DNA of 5,378 nucleotides from a virus (IMGVR_UViG_2695420579_000006:1-5378); one strand, 5' to 3'; positions 1-5,086 are shown, counted from the stretch's first letter. Numbers and translations are program-made. The notes: generated from the letters alone by a model not told the origin.

Positions 1-58
1 TACTTAAGTATTTTTGATTCTATTCCGGCACCATCTAAAACTTCAAACGCGTTGAAAA

Positions 59-84
59 TAAAAACAAAAACCCGCCGAAGCGGG
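59..84 (-). terminator. Rho-independent terminator at the 3' end of hok-family transcript copy A
   Basis: Minus-strand hairpin CCCGC-UUCG-GCGGG (plus 71-84) followed by a U-run (plus-strand A-run 61-70). Confidence 0.6.
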
Positions 85-154
85 TTAAGTGTGGGTGCAT
101 TGAGGATGCCTGACCCATCAGAGGTGGCGAGGGATTTCTCCCCCGCCTGGTCTC

Positions 155-172
155 TTACTCCTCAGGTTCGTA
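155..172 (-). CDS. hok: 3' fragment of a hok-family toxin gene, HokD/RelF-like C-terminus (...YEPEE, stop at 155-157); the 5' part is lost in the N gap
   Basis: Minus-strand translation of 158-172 gives YEPEE then TAA. The flanking 3' UTR (97-172) is homologous but diverged from the copy B 3' UTR (284-359). Confidence 0.5.
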   Translation of the reverse strand, partial: YEPEE

Positions 173-193
173 NNNNNNNNNNNNNNNNNNNNN
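173..193. other. Assembly gap (21 N); true length and content unknown
   Basis: Run of n characters in the sequence. Confidence 0.95.
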
Positions 194-238
194 CTATCTG
201 CGAAGGTGCGCGAATCAAATTCACCGGAAATAAACAAC

Positions 239-282
239 AAAAAACCCGCCGAAACGCTGAGAGATCACAGCGATGGGCGGGT
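239..282 (-). terminator. Rho-independent terminator of hok mRNA copy B
   Basis: Minus-strand stem CCCGCC(282-277)/GGCGGG(250-245) with an inner CGCUG/CAGCG pairing, followed by a U-run (plus-strand A-run 239-244). Confidence 0.6.
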
Positions 283-353
283 TAAGTGCGGGTGCGTTGA
301 GGATGCCTGACACATCAAAGGTGGCGGGAGATTACTCTCCCGCCTGGTCACTC

Positions 354-509
354 TTACTCTCTAGATTCGTAGTCTACGAAAACAGCGACCTCCGTCTGGC
401 CGATTCGGATTCGTACCTCGCAGAGGTCTTTCCTCGTTACCAGTGCCGTCACTATGACGGTTAAACAGATGACGATCAGGGCGATTAACATCGCCTTTTG
501 CTGCTTCAT
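354..509 (-). CDS. hok: Hok/Gef-family type I toxin (51 aa: MKQQKAMLIALIVICLTVIVTALVTRKDLCEVRIRIGQTEVAVFVDYESRE), copy B
   Basis: Internal ATG at 509-507 of the 70-aa ORF 354-566, preceded by AAGGAGAAG. Strong similarity (from memory) to HokD/HokC: single TM helix and the conserved RKDLCEVRIR...TEVAVF core. Confidence 0.85.
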   Translation of the reverse strand: MKQQKAMLIALIVICLTVIVTALVTRKDLCEVRIRIGQTEVAVFVDYESRE

Positions 510-566
510 AGCCTGCTTCTCCTTGCCTTTCGGCACGTAAGAGGCTAACCTACATTTGTGAGACAT
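354..566 (-). CDS. mok: mok-like reading frame: in-frame 19-codon N-terminal extension of hok (70 aa), copy B
   Basis: ATG at 566-564 with GAGG 10 nt upstream. Its position matches mok of hok/sok loci (and MokC, as I recall it) relative to the sok promoter, which lies inside it. Confidence 0.5.
   Translation of the reverse strand: MSHKCRLASYVPKGKEKQAMKQQKAMLIALIVICLTVIVTALVTRKDLCEVRIRIGQTEVAVFVDYESRE
523..551 (+). promoter_or_regulatory. Predicted sok antisense promoter (-35 TTGCCT 523-528, 17-nt spacer, -10 TAACCT 546-551), copy B
   Basis: Sigma70-like hexamers with 17-nt spacing on the strand antisense to mok/hok. Same position and similar sequence to the plasmid R1 sok promoter as I recall it. 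Confidence 0.5.
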
Positions 567-628
567 AGATTGGGCCTCAGATTAATGTTAAGCGTCTTGC
601 AGGACGCGTAATGTTAACTGGGGCTTTT
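556..628 (+). ncRNA. sok: Predicted Sok-like antisense RNA (about 65-70 nt), copy B; ends approximate
   Basis: Starts just downstream of the predicted promoter and is antisense to the mok start and SD. Ends in a stem GCCUCAG(574-580)/CUGGGGC(615-621, one G-U pair) followed by UUUUCUCU. Confidence 0.5.
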
Positions 629-666
629 CTCTGTCTGCCTTACAGTGACATACCCGAGGCAGACAG

Positions 667-681
667 CCTCAAGCACCCGCA
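667..681 (-). promoter_or_regulatory. Candidate 5' tac-like element of hok mRNA, complementary to the 3' fbi-like element at 287-302
   Basis: Minus-strand 5'-UGCGGGUGCUUGAGG (681-667) is complementary, with one bulged base, to minus-strand CCUCAACGCACCCGCA (302-287) about 380 nt downstream in the same transcript. Confidence 0.45.
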
Positions 682-684
682 GCA

Positions 685-720
685 ATCTTACCGACACCGA
701 TAAGAAAACGCTATTTTTTA
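685..720 (-). promoter_or_regulatory. Approximate hok promoter region, copy B (-10 candidate TAAGAT at 690-685; no clear -35)
   Basis: Position inferred from the predicted 5' end of hok mRNA; the -35 match is poor. Confidence 0.3.
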
Positions 721-847
721 TTGCCAGCACCATCTATCCAGGCTAGTTTATCTGCGTCAGAACGGCGCAATGCGCTCGCCTGAGATACGTTTACTTGCCA
801 TGGTAACAACAGGTAACGGCAATTGCTGTTTCTGTTTTGTTTCCTTC

Positions 848-878
848 AAAAACCCCGGACCATCAATCCGGGGTTTTT
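848..878. terminator. Bidirectional intrinsic terminator between the upstream operon and the hok module, copy B
   Basis: Stem CCCCGGA(853-859)/UCCGGGG(867-873) flanked by an A-run (848-852) and a T-run (874-878). Confidence 0.65.
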
Positions 879-883
879 GTTTG

Positions 884-967
884 TTAACCCCAACGGCAAA
901 TCGAATACACCACCAGCGCCACCGCCATCGCAATTCCTACCGTTGTTAATGCTTCAGGCCAGGTCAT
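884..967 (-). CDS. Conserved 27-aa micro-ORF ([27 protein letters not shown]), predicted small hydrophobic peptide, copy B
   Basis: ATG at 967-965 overlaps the TGA of the 114-aa gene (ATGA). GGAGG lies 10 nt upstream, and the stop sits immediately before the terminator. An identical arrangement occurs in copy C with a different upstream gene. Confidence 0.45.
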   Translation of the reverse strand: MTWPEALTTVGIAMAVALVVYSICRWG

Positions 968-1308
968 CGTAAAATATCCTCCACGCTTATCAGTCCGTTC
1001 CGCTCCAGATAACTCATCGCCTTATCCGGTAATTTGCAGTCTGGCTTCGCTTTCCTCAGTTGCCAGGTTAACTGCTTTACCAGCATGGTTAACTCATCGA
1101 CCAGACGCTGATATCCCACTGGTTTGTATTCATGCAATTTACCGGCTGGCTCTGCTGCCAGCGATACCAGTGCGATTTCCAGAACAGCAATATCCATCTT
1201 ATATGTGCGGATGATGTCATGGTCGATTGTGCCCGGTATGCACAGTCTCTGTGCTTCAATAGTCTCCTCTGCGTGAGCTATTAACTGCTCTCTGGTAAAA
1301 GTCGTCAT
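964..1308 (-). CDS. Hypothetical prophage protein, 114 aa, carrying the shared N-terminal MTTFTREQ...[10 protein letters not shown] module
   Basis: Full ORF with AAGGGG SD 8 nt upstream of the ATG. Start overlaps the stop of the 55-aa ORF (ATGA). Confidence 0.7.
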   Translation of the reverse strand: MTTFTREQLIAHAEETIEAQRLCIPGTIDHDIIRTYKMDIAVLEIALVSLAAEPAGKLHEYKPVGYQRLVDELTMLVKQLTWQLRKAKPDCKLPDKAMSYLERNGLISVEDILR

Positions 1309-1472
1309 GCCGTAGCCCCTTCTTGATATTTTTCAAACCAGAACACAACCGGCTCTGCTTCCAGCGATGCCAGCGCAATCCGTGCCAGTTCCATTTGTTC
1401 ACCACGGGTAAGCCCGTTTTCAAGCGGGTTTTTAATGAACAATTCAATACGTTCTTTGGTAATAGTGGTCAT
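1305..1472 (-). CDS. 55-aa mosaic ORF: N-terminal module related to the 221-aa gene, C-terminal 16 aa identical to the HNH C-terminus
   Basis: AAGGAG SD then ATG at 1472-1470. The 5' end is near-identical to 4476-4455. The 3' block 1306-1353 is identical to 4474-4521. Confidence 0.55.
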   Translation of the reverse strand: MTTITKERIELFIKNPLENGLTRGEQMELARIALASLEAEPVVFWFEKYQEGATA

Positions 1473-1482
1473 GTGTTACTCC

Positions 1483-1681
1483 TTAACCCGCAGTGCTTTC
1501 AACTGATGAGGGGAACAAAATCTTTTCATCAAACCCTGCATTCATATCATGAACAGCAACACACCAATCCATCGACGAACGATTATCAAGAGCCTCCATG
1601 ATTTCATCCATGCGGCGTAGGTCATACAGGTAAATGCTTTTATCGCCAATGGTGTAAAAGCCAATTTTTTTCGGTGATGGA
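1483..1681 (-). pseudogene. 3' remnant (about 66 codons) of a gene interrupted by the IS600-like element
   Basis: The open frame runs from the IS end at 1682 to TAA at 1485-1483. The first 10 codons of the listed 76-aa ORF come from IS terminal sequence. Confidence 0.45.
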
Positions 1682-1724
1682 TGAGGTGTACTGGCAATAG
1701 CGGACACTACCATTTGTTCTTTTT

Positions 1725-2543
1725 TTAAGCAGCCATCTGATGATATTTTTCCCTGAAGGCTGCCGGGGAGATATTCCCCAGACGAGAGTGACGACGCTGA
1801 CGATTGTAGAAAATCTCAATGTATTCCCGTATTACTGAGATGGCTTCATCCCGGTTATTAAAACGATAGTGGCTCAGGCTCTCATTTTTCAGCGTTCCCC
1901 AGAAGCTTTCCATCGGAGCGTTGTCGTAACAGTTACCTTTACGCGACATTGATGTTTTCAGACCAGACTGCTCCTGTATGACCCGGTAATCGTATGCGCA
2001 GTACTGTGAACCTCGATCAGAGTGGTGGATTAGCCCGGCAGGTGGGCGCTGGCTCCTGAGCGCCATAAACAGGGCTTTACCTGTCAGCTCTTTTGTCATG
2101 CGCTCTCCCATGGCGTAGCCGACAATTTCGCACGTATAAACATCTTTGATGCCAGCGAGGTACAACCATCCCTCCTGTGTGGCAACATACGTCAGGTCCG
2201 CCACCCAGACCTGATTTGGTGCTGTAGGAGCGAACGTCTGGTTCAGCAGATTTGGCGCAACTGGCAGATTGTGGTTCGAGTTCGTAGTCGCTCTGAACTT
2301 GCGTTTCTGCTTACAGCGTAGCCTTAGCTCCTTACGAAGACGTGCCAGTCGGTCACGACCAACGATGATGCCATTCTCTGCCAGCTCCGTCTGGAGCCGC
2401 CGGGTTCCATATGTTTCGCGAGTGCGGATATGTGCCACCTTAATCTCCAGTTTTAGCCGCTCATCACTTTGTTTTCTGTCTGAGGGTTCATGCTGTACCC
2501 AGTTGTAATAACCGCTCCTGGATACACCAAATACCTGACACAT
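1725..2543 (-). CDS. insB: IS3-family transposase OrfB (272 aa from the first ATG; frame stays open upstream into the frameshift window)
   Basis: Protein carries the rve/DDE integrase core (from memory). It is in the -1 frame relative to orfA. Confidence 0.9.
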   Translation of the reverse strand: MCQVFGVSRSGYYNWVQHEPSDRKQSDERLKLEIKVAHIRTRETYGTRRLQTELAENGIIVGRDRLARLRKELRLRCKQKRKFRATTNSNHNLPVAPNLLNQTFAPTAPNQVWVADLTYVATQEGWLYLAGIKDVYTCEIVGYAMGERMTKELTGKALFMALRSQRPPAGLIHHSDRGSQYCAYDYRVIQEQSGLKTSMSRKGNCYDNAPMESFWGTLKNESLSHYRFNNRDEAISVIREYIEIFYNRQRRHSRLGNISPAAFREKYHQMAA

Positions 2544-2578
2544 CGCTTCAATGGGAAATTGTTGTCGCCATTGTTCGA

Positions 2579-2819
2579 TTAACGCGTATTTTTCAGCGAC
2601 TCCTGTGCAAAATACGCTGTTGCTTTTTTTAATATATCTCGCTCAAGGCGAGCTTCATTTAACGCCTTACGCAGTTGCAGAATTTCAGATTCCAGTTCAG
2701 CCACCGTGCGGGAACCAGGAGTACCGAGCCCTTTTCTGGCGGCGGTAACCCATTGTCCTAAAGTGCCTTCAGGAAGAGATAATCGGGAAGCGCCTTCACT
2801 GATCGAAAGTTGATTTTCA
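2579..2819 (-). CDS. insA: IS3-family transposase OrfA, 5'-truncated (residues ~22-100; helix-turn-helix and leucine-zipper region)
   Basis: Translation ENQLSISEGASRLSLPEGTLGQWV...ILKKATAYFAQESLKNTR matches IS600 OrfA as I recall it. The native start codon is absent. Confidence 0.8.
2584..2630 (-). promoter_or_regulatory. Programmed -1 ribosomal frameshift site (A AAA AAA G at 2630-2624) with downstream 9-bp stem (2618-2610 / 2592-2584) producing OrfAB
   Basis: A heptanucleotide run of A in the orfA zero frame. The -1 frame is continuous into orfB. The stem GCGUAUUUU/AAAAUACGC begins about 6 nt downstream. Confidence 0.6.
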
Positions 2820-2820
2820 N
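2820..2820. other. Single ambiguous base at the junction between the truncated IS and the hok copy C 3' region
   Basis: IS orfA homology ends at 2819; hok-module homology (equivalent to 339 onward) begins at 2821. Confidence 0.9.
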
Positions 2821-2835
2821 CCCGCCTGGTCACTC

Positions 2836-2991
2836 TTACTCTCTAGATTCGTAGTCTACGAAAACAGCGACCTCCGTCTGGCCGATTCGGATTCGTACCT
2901 CGCAGAGGTCTTTCCTCGTTACCAGTGCCGTCACAATGACGGTTAAACAGATGACGATCAGGGCGATTAACATCGCCTTTTGCTGCTTCAT
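2836..2991 (-). CDS. hok: Hok/Gef-family type I toxin, copy C (identical protein to copy B)
   Basis: Same as copy B, offset +2482. It differs by one synonymous third-position change (ATA to ATT, Ile, at 2935). Confidence 0.85.
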   Translation of the reverse strand: MKQQKAMLIALIVICLTVIVTALVTRKDLCEVRIRIGQTEVAVFVDYESRE

Positions 2992-3048
2992 AGCCTGCTT
3001 CTCCTTGCCTTTCGGCACGTAAGAGGCTAACCTACATTTGTGAGACAT
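2836..3048 (-). CDS. mok: mok-like in-frame extended reading frame, copy C
   Basis: Identical to copy B at offset +2482. Confidence 0.5.
   Translation of the reverse strand: MSHKCRLASYVPKGKEKQAMKQQKAMLIALIVICLTVIVTALVTRKDLCEVRIRIGQTEVAVFVDYESRE
3005..3033 (+). promoter_or_regulatory. Predicted sok promoter, copy C (-35 TTGCCT 3005-3010, -10 TAACCT 3028-3033)
   Basis: Identical to copy B at offset +2482. Confidence 0.5.
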
Positions 3049-3110
3049 AGATTGGGCCTCAGATTAATGTTAAGCGTCTTGCAGGACGCGTAATGTTAAC
3101 TGGGGCTTTT
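3038..3110 (+). ncRNA. sok: Predicted Sok-like antisense RNA, copy C; ends approximate
   Basis: Identical to copy B at offset +2482. Confidence 0.5.
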
Positions 3111-3329
3111 CTCTGTCTGCCTTACAGTGACATACCCGAGGCAGACAGCCTCAAGCACCCGCAGCAATCTTACCGACACCGATAAGAAAACGCTATTTTT
3201 TATTGCCAGCACCATCTATCCAGGCTAGTTTATCTGCGTCAGAACGGCGCAATGCGCTCGCCTGAGATACGTTTACTTGCCATGGTAACAACAGGTAACG
3301 GCAATTGCTGTTTCTGTTTTGTTTCCTTC

Positions 3330-3360
3330 AAAAACCCCGGACCATCAATCCGGGGTTTTT
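3330..3360. terminator. Bidirectional intrinsic terminator, copy C
   Basis: Identical hairpin to 848-878. Confidence 0.65.
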
Positions 3361-3365
3361 GTTTG

Positions 3366-3449
3366 TTAACCCCAACGGCAAATCGAATACACCACCAGCG
3401 CCACCGCCATCGCAATTCCTACCGTGGTGAATGCCTCAGGCCAGGTCAT
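3366..3449 (-). CDS. Conserved 27-aa micro-ORF, copy C ([27 protein letters not shown])
   Basis: ATG at 3449-3447 overlaps the TGA of the DUF551-like gene (ATGA), with AGGAGG 7 nt upstream. The three differences from copy B are all at codon third positions. Confidence 0.45.
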   Translation of the reverse strand: MTWPEAFTTVGIAMAVALVVYSICRWG

Positions 3450-3811
3450 TGATTCACCTCCTGCGGTGGTTCCGGTAGCGGCATCCAGTGAGTTGAGCTC
3501 TCTACTTCAACGCCGTCTTTGTCCACAAAAGCCATCTTATTCCCGCCACGAGTGGGGCAAAAAACCTTATCCCAGGAACCGGGGAATACATTCCCGAGAT
3601 CATCGAGAAGAATCACATCGCAATATTCAGCAGGAACTGCATCACTACAGCTTATCCAGCCAGCCGGAGCTACCGGAGAGTTGCCAGCCTTACGCATGGC
3701 CATTTCCACGATTTCAACCATATCTCCTGGTGGAATTTTACAAAGTTGCCCAATACATTTCTGCTGCCTGGCATATTCGAGAATGTGCTCCAGTTTGGTT
3801 CGATTAATCAT
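3446..3811 (-). CDS. Prophage protein, 121 aa, DUF551-like (C-terminal THWMPLPEPP motif)
   Basis: Full ORF with GGGAG SD. Start overlaps the stop of the 221-aa gene (TAATG). The DUF551 call rests on the recalled C-terminal motif only. Confidence 0.65.
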   Translation of the reverse strand: MINRTKLEHILEYARQQKCIGQLCKIPPGDMVEIVEMAMRKAGNSPVAPAGWISCSDAVPAEYCDVILLDDLGNVFPGSWDKVFCPTRGGNKMAFVDKDGVEVESSTHWMPLPEPPQEVNQ

Positions 3812-4476
3812 TATTTATCTCCCTTAAGCATGGCAGCGCGGCAGGCGTTCCAGCCATCAACATAATCAAACGTATTACTATCGTTTGGCCCGATTTCATC
3901 CGGCACTATCGGCTCTGGTTGGATAGTGACGTTGGCAAAGGCAGCACGCAAACCGGTTTTAATTTCTTCGATTTCATCAGAGCCAAGCGATGAATCTGAC
4001 AGTGCGTGATGGAATGCGTAAGCCATGTCGTCGTTTACTGCAACCGGCACTGCCGGCGCTGCGTAAAGCGGTGTTATATCTGCCCGAAAATCACATGCTT
4101 TATGCAGTCGTACCCAACACTCAACTTCCGCTTTGTCAAAATATATAGCAGTGAACGTATTAGATTCCTGGTCAACTTGAGTAAACGTCACCTTCCACGC
4201 TACAGCTACGGCTTTCCATCCATCAGGTTGTCGCATTCGCGGGGCAGCATAAAGCTCATGCATTCCATCAGGCAGCGAGTGACCCACATACTCACCGAAC
4301 CCGTCAATACACATGCCCCCATCTTCAACAATGCATTCCGCTACAGGCTCTGCTTCCAGTGATGCCAGAGCGATAAGCGCCAGTTCACGAATTTCACCGC
4401 CGTCTATATCGTCAATATCATCGCGGCCAGAAATGTTAGCCAGCCATTGCAGTCGCTCTTTGGTAATAGTGGTCAT
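3811..4476 (-). CDS. Hypothetical prophage protein, 221 aa, with the shared N-terminal module (MTTITKER...[10 protein letters not shown]) and two LYAAP motifs
   Basis: Full ORF with AAGGGG SD 8 nt upstream. Start overlaps the HNH stop (ATGA). Confidence 0.75.
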   Translation of the reverse strand: MTTITKERLQWLANISGRDDIDDIDGGEIRELALIALASLEAEPVAECIVEDGGMCIDGFGEYVGHSLPDGMHELYAAPRMRQPDGWKAVAVAWKVTFTQVDQESNTFTAIYFDKAEVECWVRLHKACDFRADITPLYAAPAVPVAVNDDMAYAFHHALSDSSLGSDEIEEIKTGLRAAFANVTIQPEPIVPDEIGPNDSNTFDYVDGWNACRAAMLKGDK

Positions 4477-4838
4477 GCCGTAGCCCCTTCTTGATATTTT
4501 TCAAACCAGAACACAACCGGGTCAGATTTCATTTCAACCAATCCCATACGAACCAGCGCTTTGCCTTTCCCGGACGCAAGGAATTCACGACGACCATCAC
4601 TGATAATTCGTCGATAATCTTCCAGGCTACTGCAATGCTTGTGCAGATTGCATGGGTGGCATGCTGGTACCATGTTGGATATATCGTCACGTTCCTGGTG
4701 AAGCATATTTCCATCAAAACGAATGACCGGTTTTACATGGTCTGCATGCCACTTTTCGCCAAGTTCGCAGCCGCAATAAGCGCAGCGACCACCGAACTTC
4801 ATGCGCAGTTCTGCACGTTGTTTTTTCGTCAGTGCCAT
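4473..4838 (-). CDS. HNH endonuclease, 121 aa from the internal ATG at 4838
   Basis: HNH signature CAYCGC...WHADHVKP...ACHPCNLHKH. The start is chosen at MALTKKQ, with AAGGAAA upstream and 1 nt after the stop of the 72-aa ORF. The longer 151-aa frame would overlap that ORF. Confidence 0.8.
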   Translation of the reverse strand: MALTKKQRAELRMKFGGRCAYCGCELGEKWHADHVKPVIRFDGNMLHQERDDISNMVPACHPCNLHKHCSSLEDYRRIISDGRREFLASGKGKALVRMGLVEMKSDPVVFWFEKYQEGATA

Positions 4839-4839
4839 A

Positions 4840-5058
4840 TCAGCTTTCCTTATACGGATTAATTTTATTGTGCAGTGTGTTGAATGACGCCCATACCACG
4901 TCGTTATACAATTCAATAACTGGCTCAATTATTTTTCCGATTATCCAGACAAAAATTAGCGGGGATATCGGTGTCATCAACACGATAAACAGAATGAGAA
5001 ACAGGAATTCTGTTGTTCTACTCTTTCGCGGATATTTTTTTCTAAATAATGTAACCAT
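4840..5058 (-). CDS. Small membrane protein, 72 aa: basic N-terminus, one long hydrophobic segment; sits in a locally AT-rich segment
   Basis: ORF MVTLFRKKYPRKSRTTEFLFLILFIVLMTPISPLIFVWIIG.... Stop is 1 nt before the HNH start. The leader is structured (see hairpin feature). Confidence 0.5.
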   Translation of the reverse strand: MVTLFRKKYPRKSRTTEFLFLILFIVLMTPISPLIFVWIIGKIIEPVIELYNDVVWASFNTLHNKINPYKES

Positions 5059-5064
5059 TCATTA

Positions 5065-5086
5065 CCGCCCTTTCGGGCGGTCTCCT
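5065..5086 (-). promoter_or_regulatory. Leader hairpin CCGCCC-GAAA-GGGCGG (5080-5065) between an AGGAG (5086-5082) and the ATG of the 72-aa ORF
   Basis: Perfect 6-bp GC-rich stem with a GNRA tetraloop. The AGGAG is 23 nt from the ATG in linear sequence but about 7 nt if the hairpin is formed. Confidence 0.4.

Larger units (their letters stand above)
1682..2819 (-). mobile_element. IS3-family insertion sequence, IS600-like, lacking roughly 125 bp of its left end (IRL, promoter, first ~21 codons of orfA)
   Basis: orfA/orfB organisation with a -1 frameshift site. The orfB product is 272 aa with the DDE motif region. A TGAGGTG... terminus at 1682 lies 43 bp past the orfB stop. Homology ends at the N at 2820. 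Confidence 0.85.

Noticed and set aside
97-172. Possible tRNA or small RNA gene in the GC-rich hairpin region
   Set aside because: No cloverleaf or anticodon arm could be drawn; the sequence aligns to the hok 3' UTR of copy B.
52-285. Plus-strand 77-aa ORF spanning the N gap
   Set aside because: Runs through 21 undetermined bases and lies antisense to hok 3' UTR and terminator sequence; an artefact of the gap.
273-464. Plus-strand 63-aa ORF
   Set aside because: Antisense to the hok coding region and 3' UTR, with no convincing SD; hok on the minus strand explains the region.
1256-1447. Minus-strand 63-aa ORF
   Set aside because: Alternative frame overlapping the 55-aa and 114-aa genes, which have proper SDs and coupled starts.
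1323-1601. Plus-strand 92-aa ORF ([10 protein letters not shown]...)
   Set aside because: Antisense to the 55-aa gene and the IS-disrupted remnant. Its N-terminus is only the antisense reading of the shared 48-bp block, as for 4491-4862.
1483-1713. 76-aa ORF read as a single intact gene
   Set aside because: Its first 10 codons are IS terminal sequence; only 1483-1681 is host gene remnant, so it is called a pseudogene fragment.
2269-2508. Plus-strand 79-aa ORF
   Set aside because: Antisense to the transposase orfB.
2551-2748. Plus-strand 65-aa ORF
   Set aside because: Antisense to IS orfA and the frameshift window.
2579-2833. 84-aa ORF with a GTG start reading from hok 3' sequence into orfA
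   Set aside because: Chimeric frame across the N junction; the real orfA is 5'-truncated and only 2579-2819 is IS-derived.
339-3449. The 629-bp direct repeats as an IS or MITE
   Set aside because: No terminal inverted repeats or transposase; the repeat consists of a complete hok/sok module plus terminator and micro-ORF.
3252-3452. Plus-strand 66-aa ORF
   Set aside because: Contains the bidirectional terminator hairpin and lies antisense to the 27-aa micro-ORF; the copy B equivalent is shorter because a third-position change creates a stop.
3424-3827. Plus-strand ORFs of 127 aa and 102 aa
   Set aside because: Antisense to the DUF551-like gene, with no SD and no coupling.
4006-4362. Plus-strand 118-aa ORF
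   Set aside because: Antisense to the 221-aa gene.
4491-4862. Plus-strand 123-aa ORF and minus-strand 62-aa ORF (4529-4717)
   Set aside because: Antisense to, or out of frame within, the HNH endonuclease gene, which has a clear catalytic motif.
4473-4928. 151-aa N-terminally extended version of the HNH gene
   Set aside because: The extension overlaps the 72-aa ORF and lacks an SD; the internal ATG at 4838 has an SD and gives a typical-length HNH protein.
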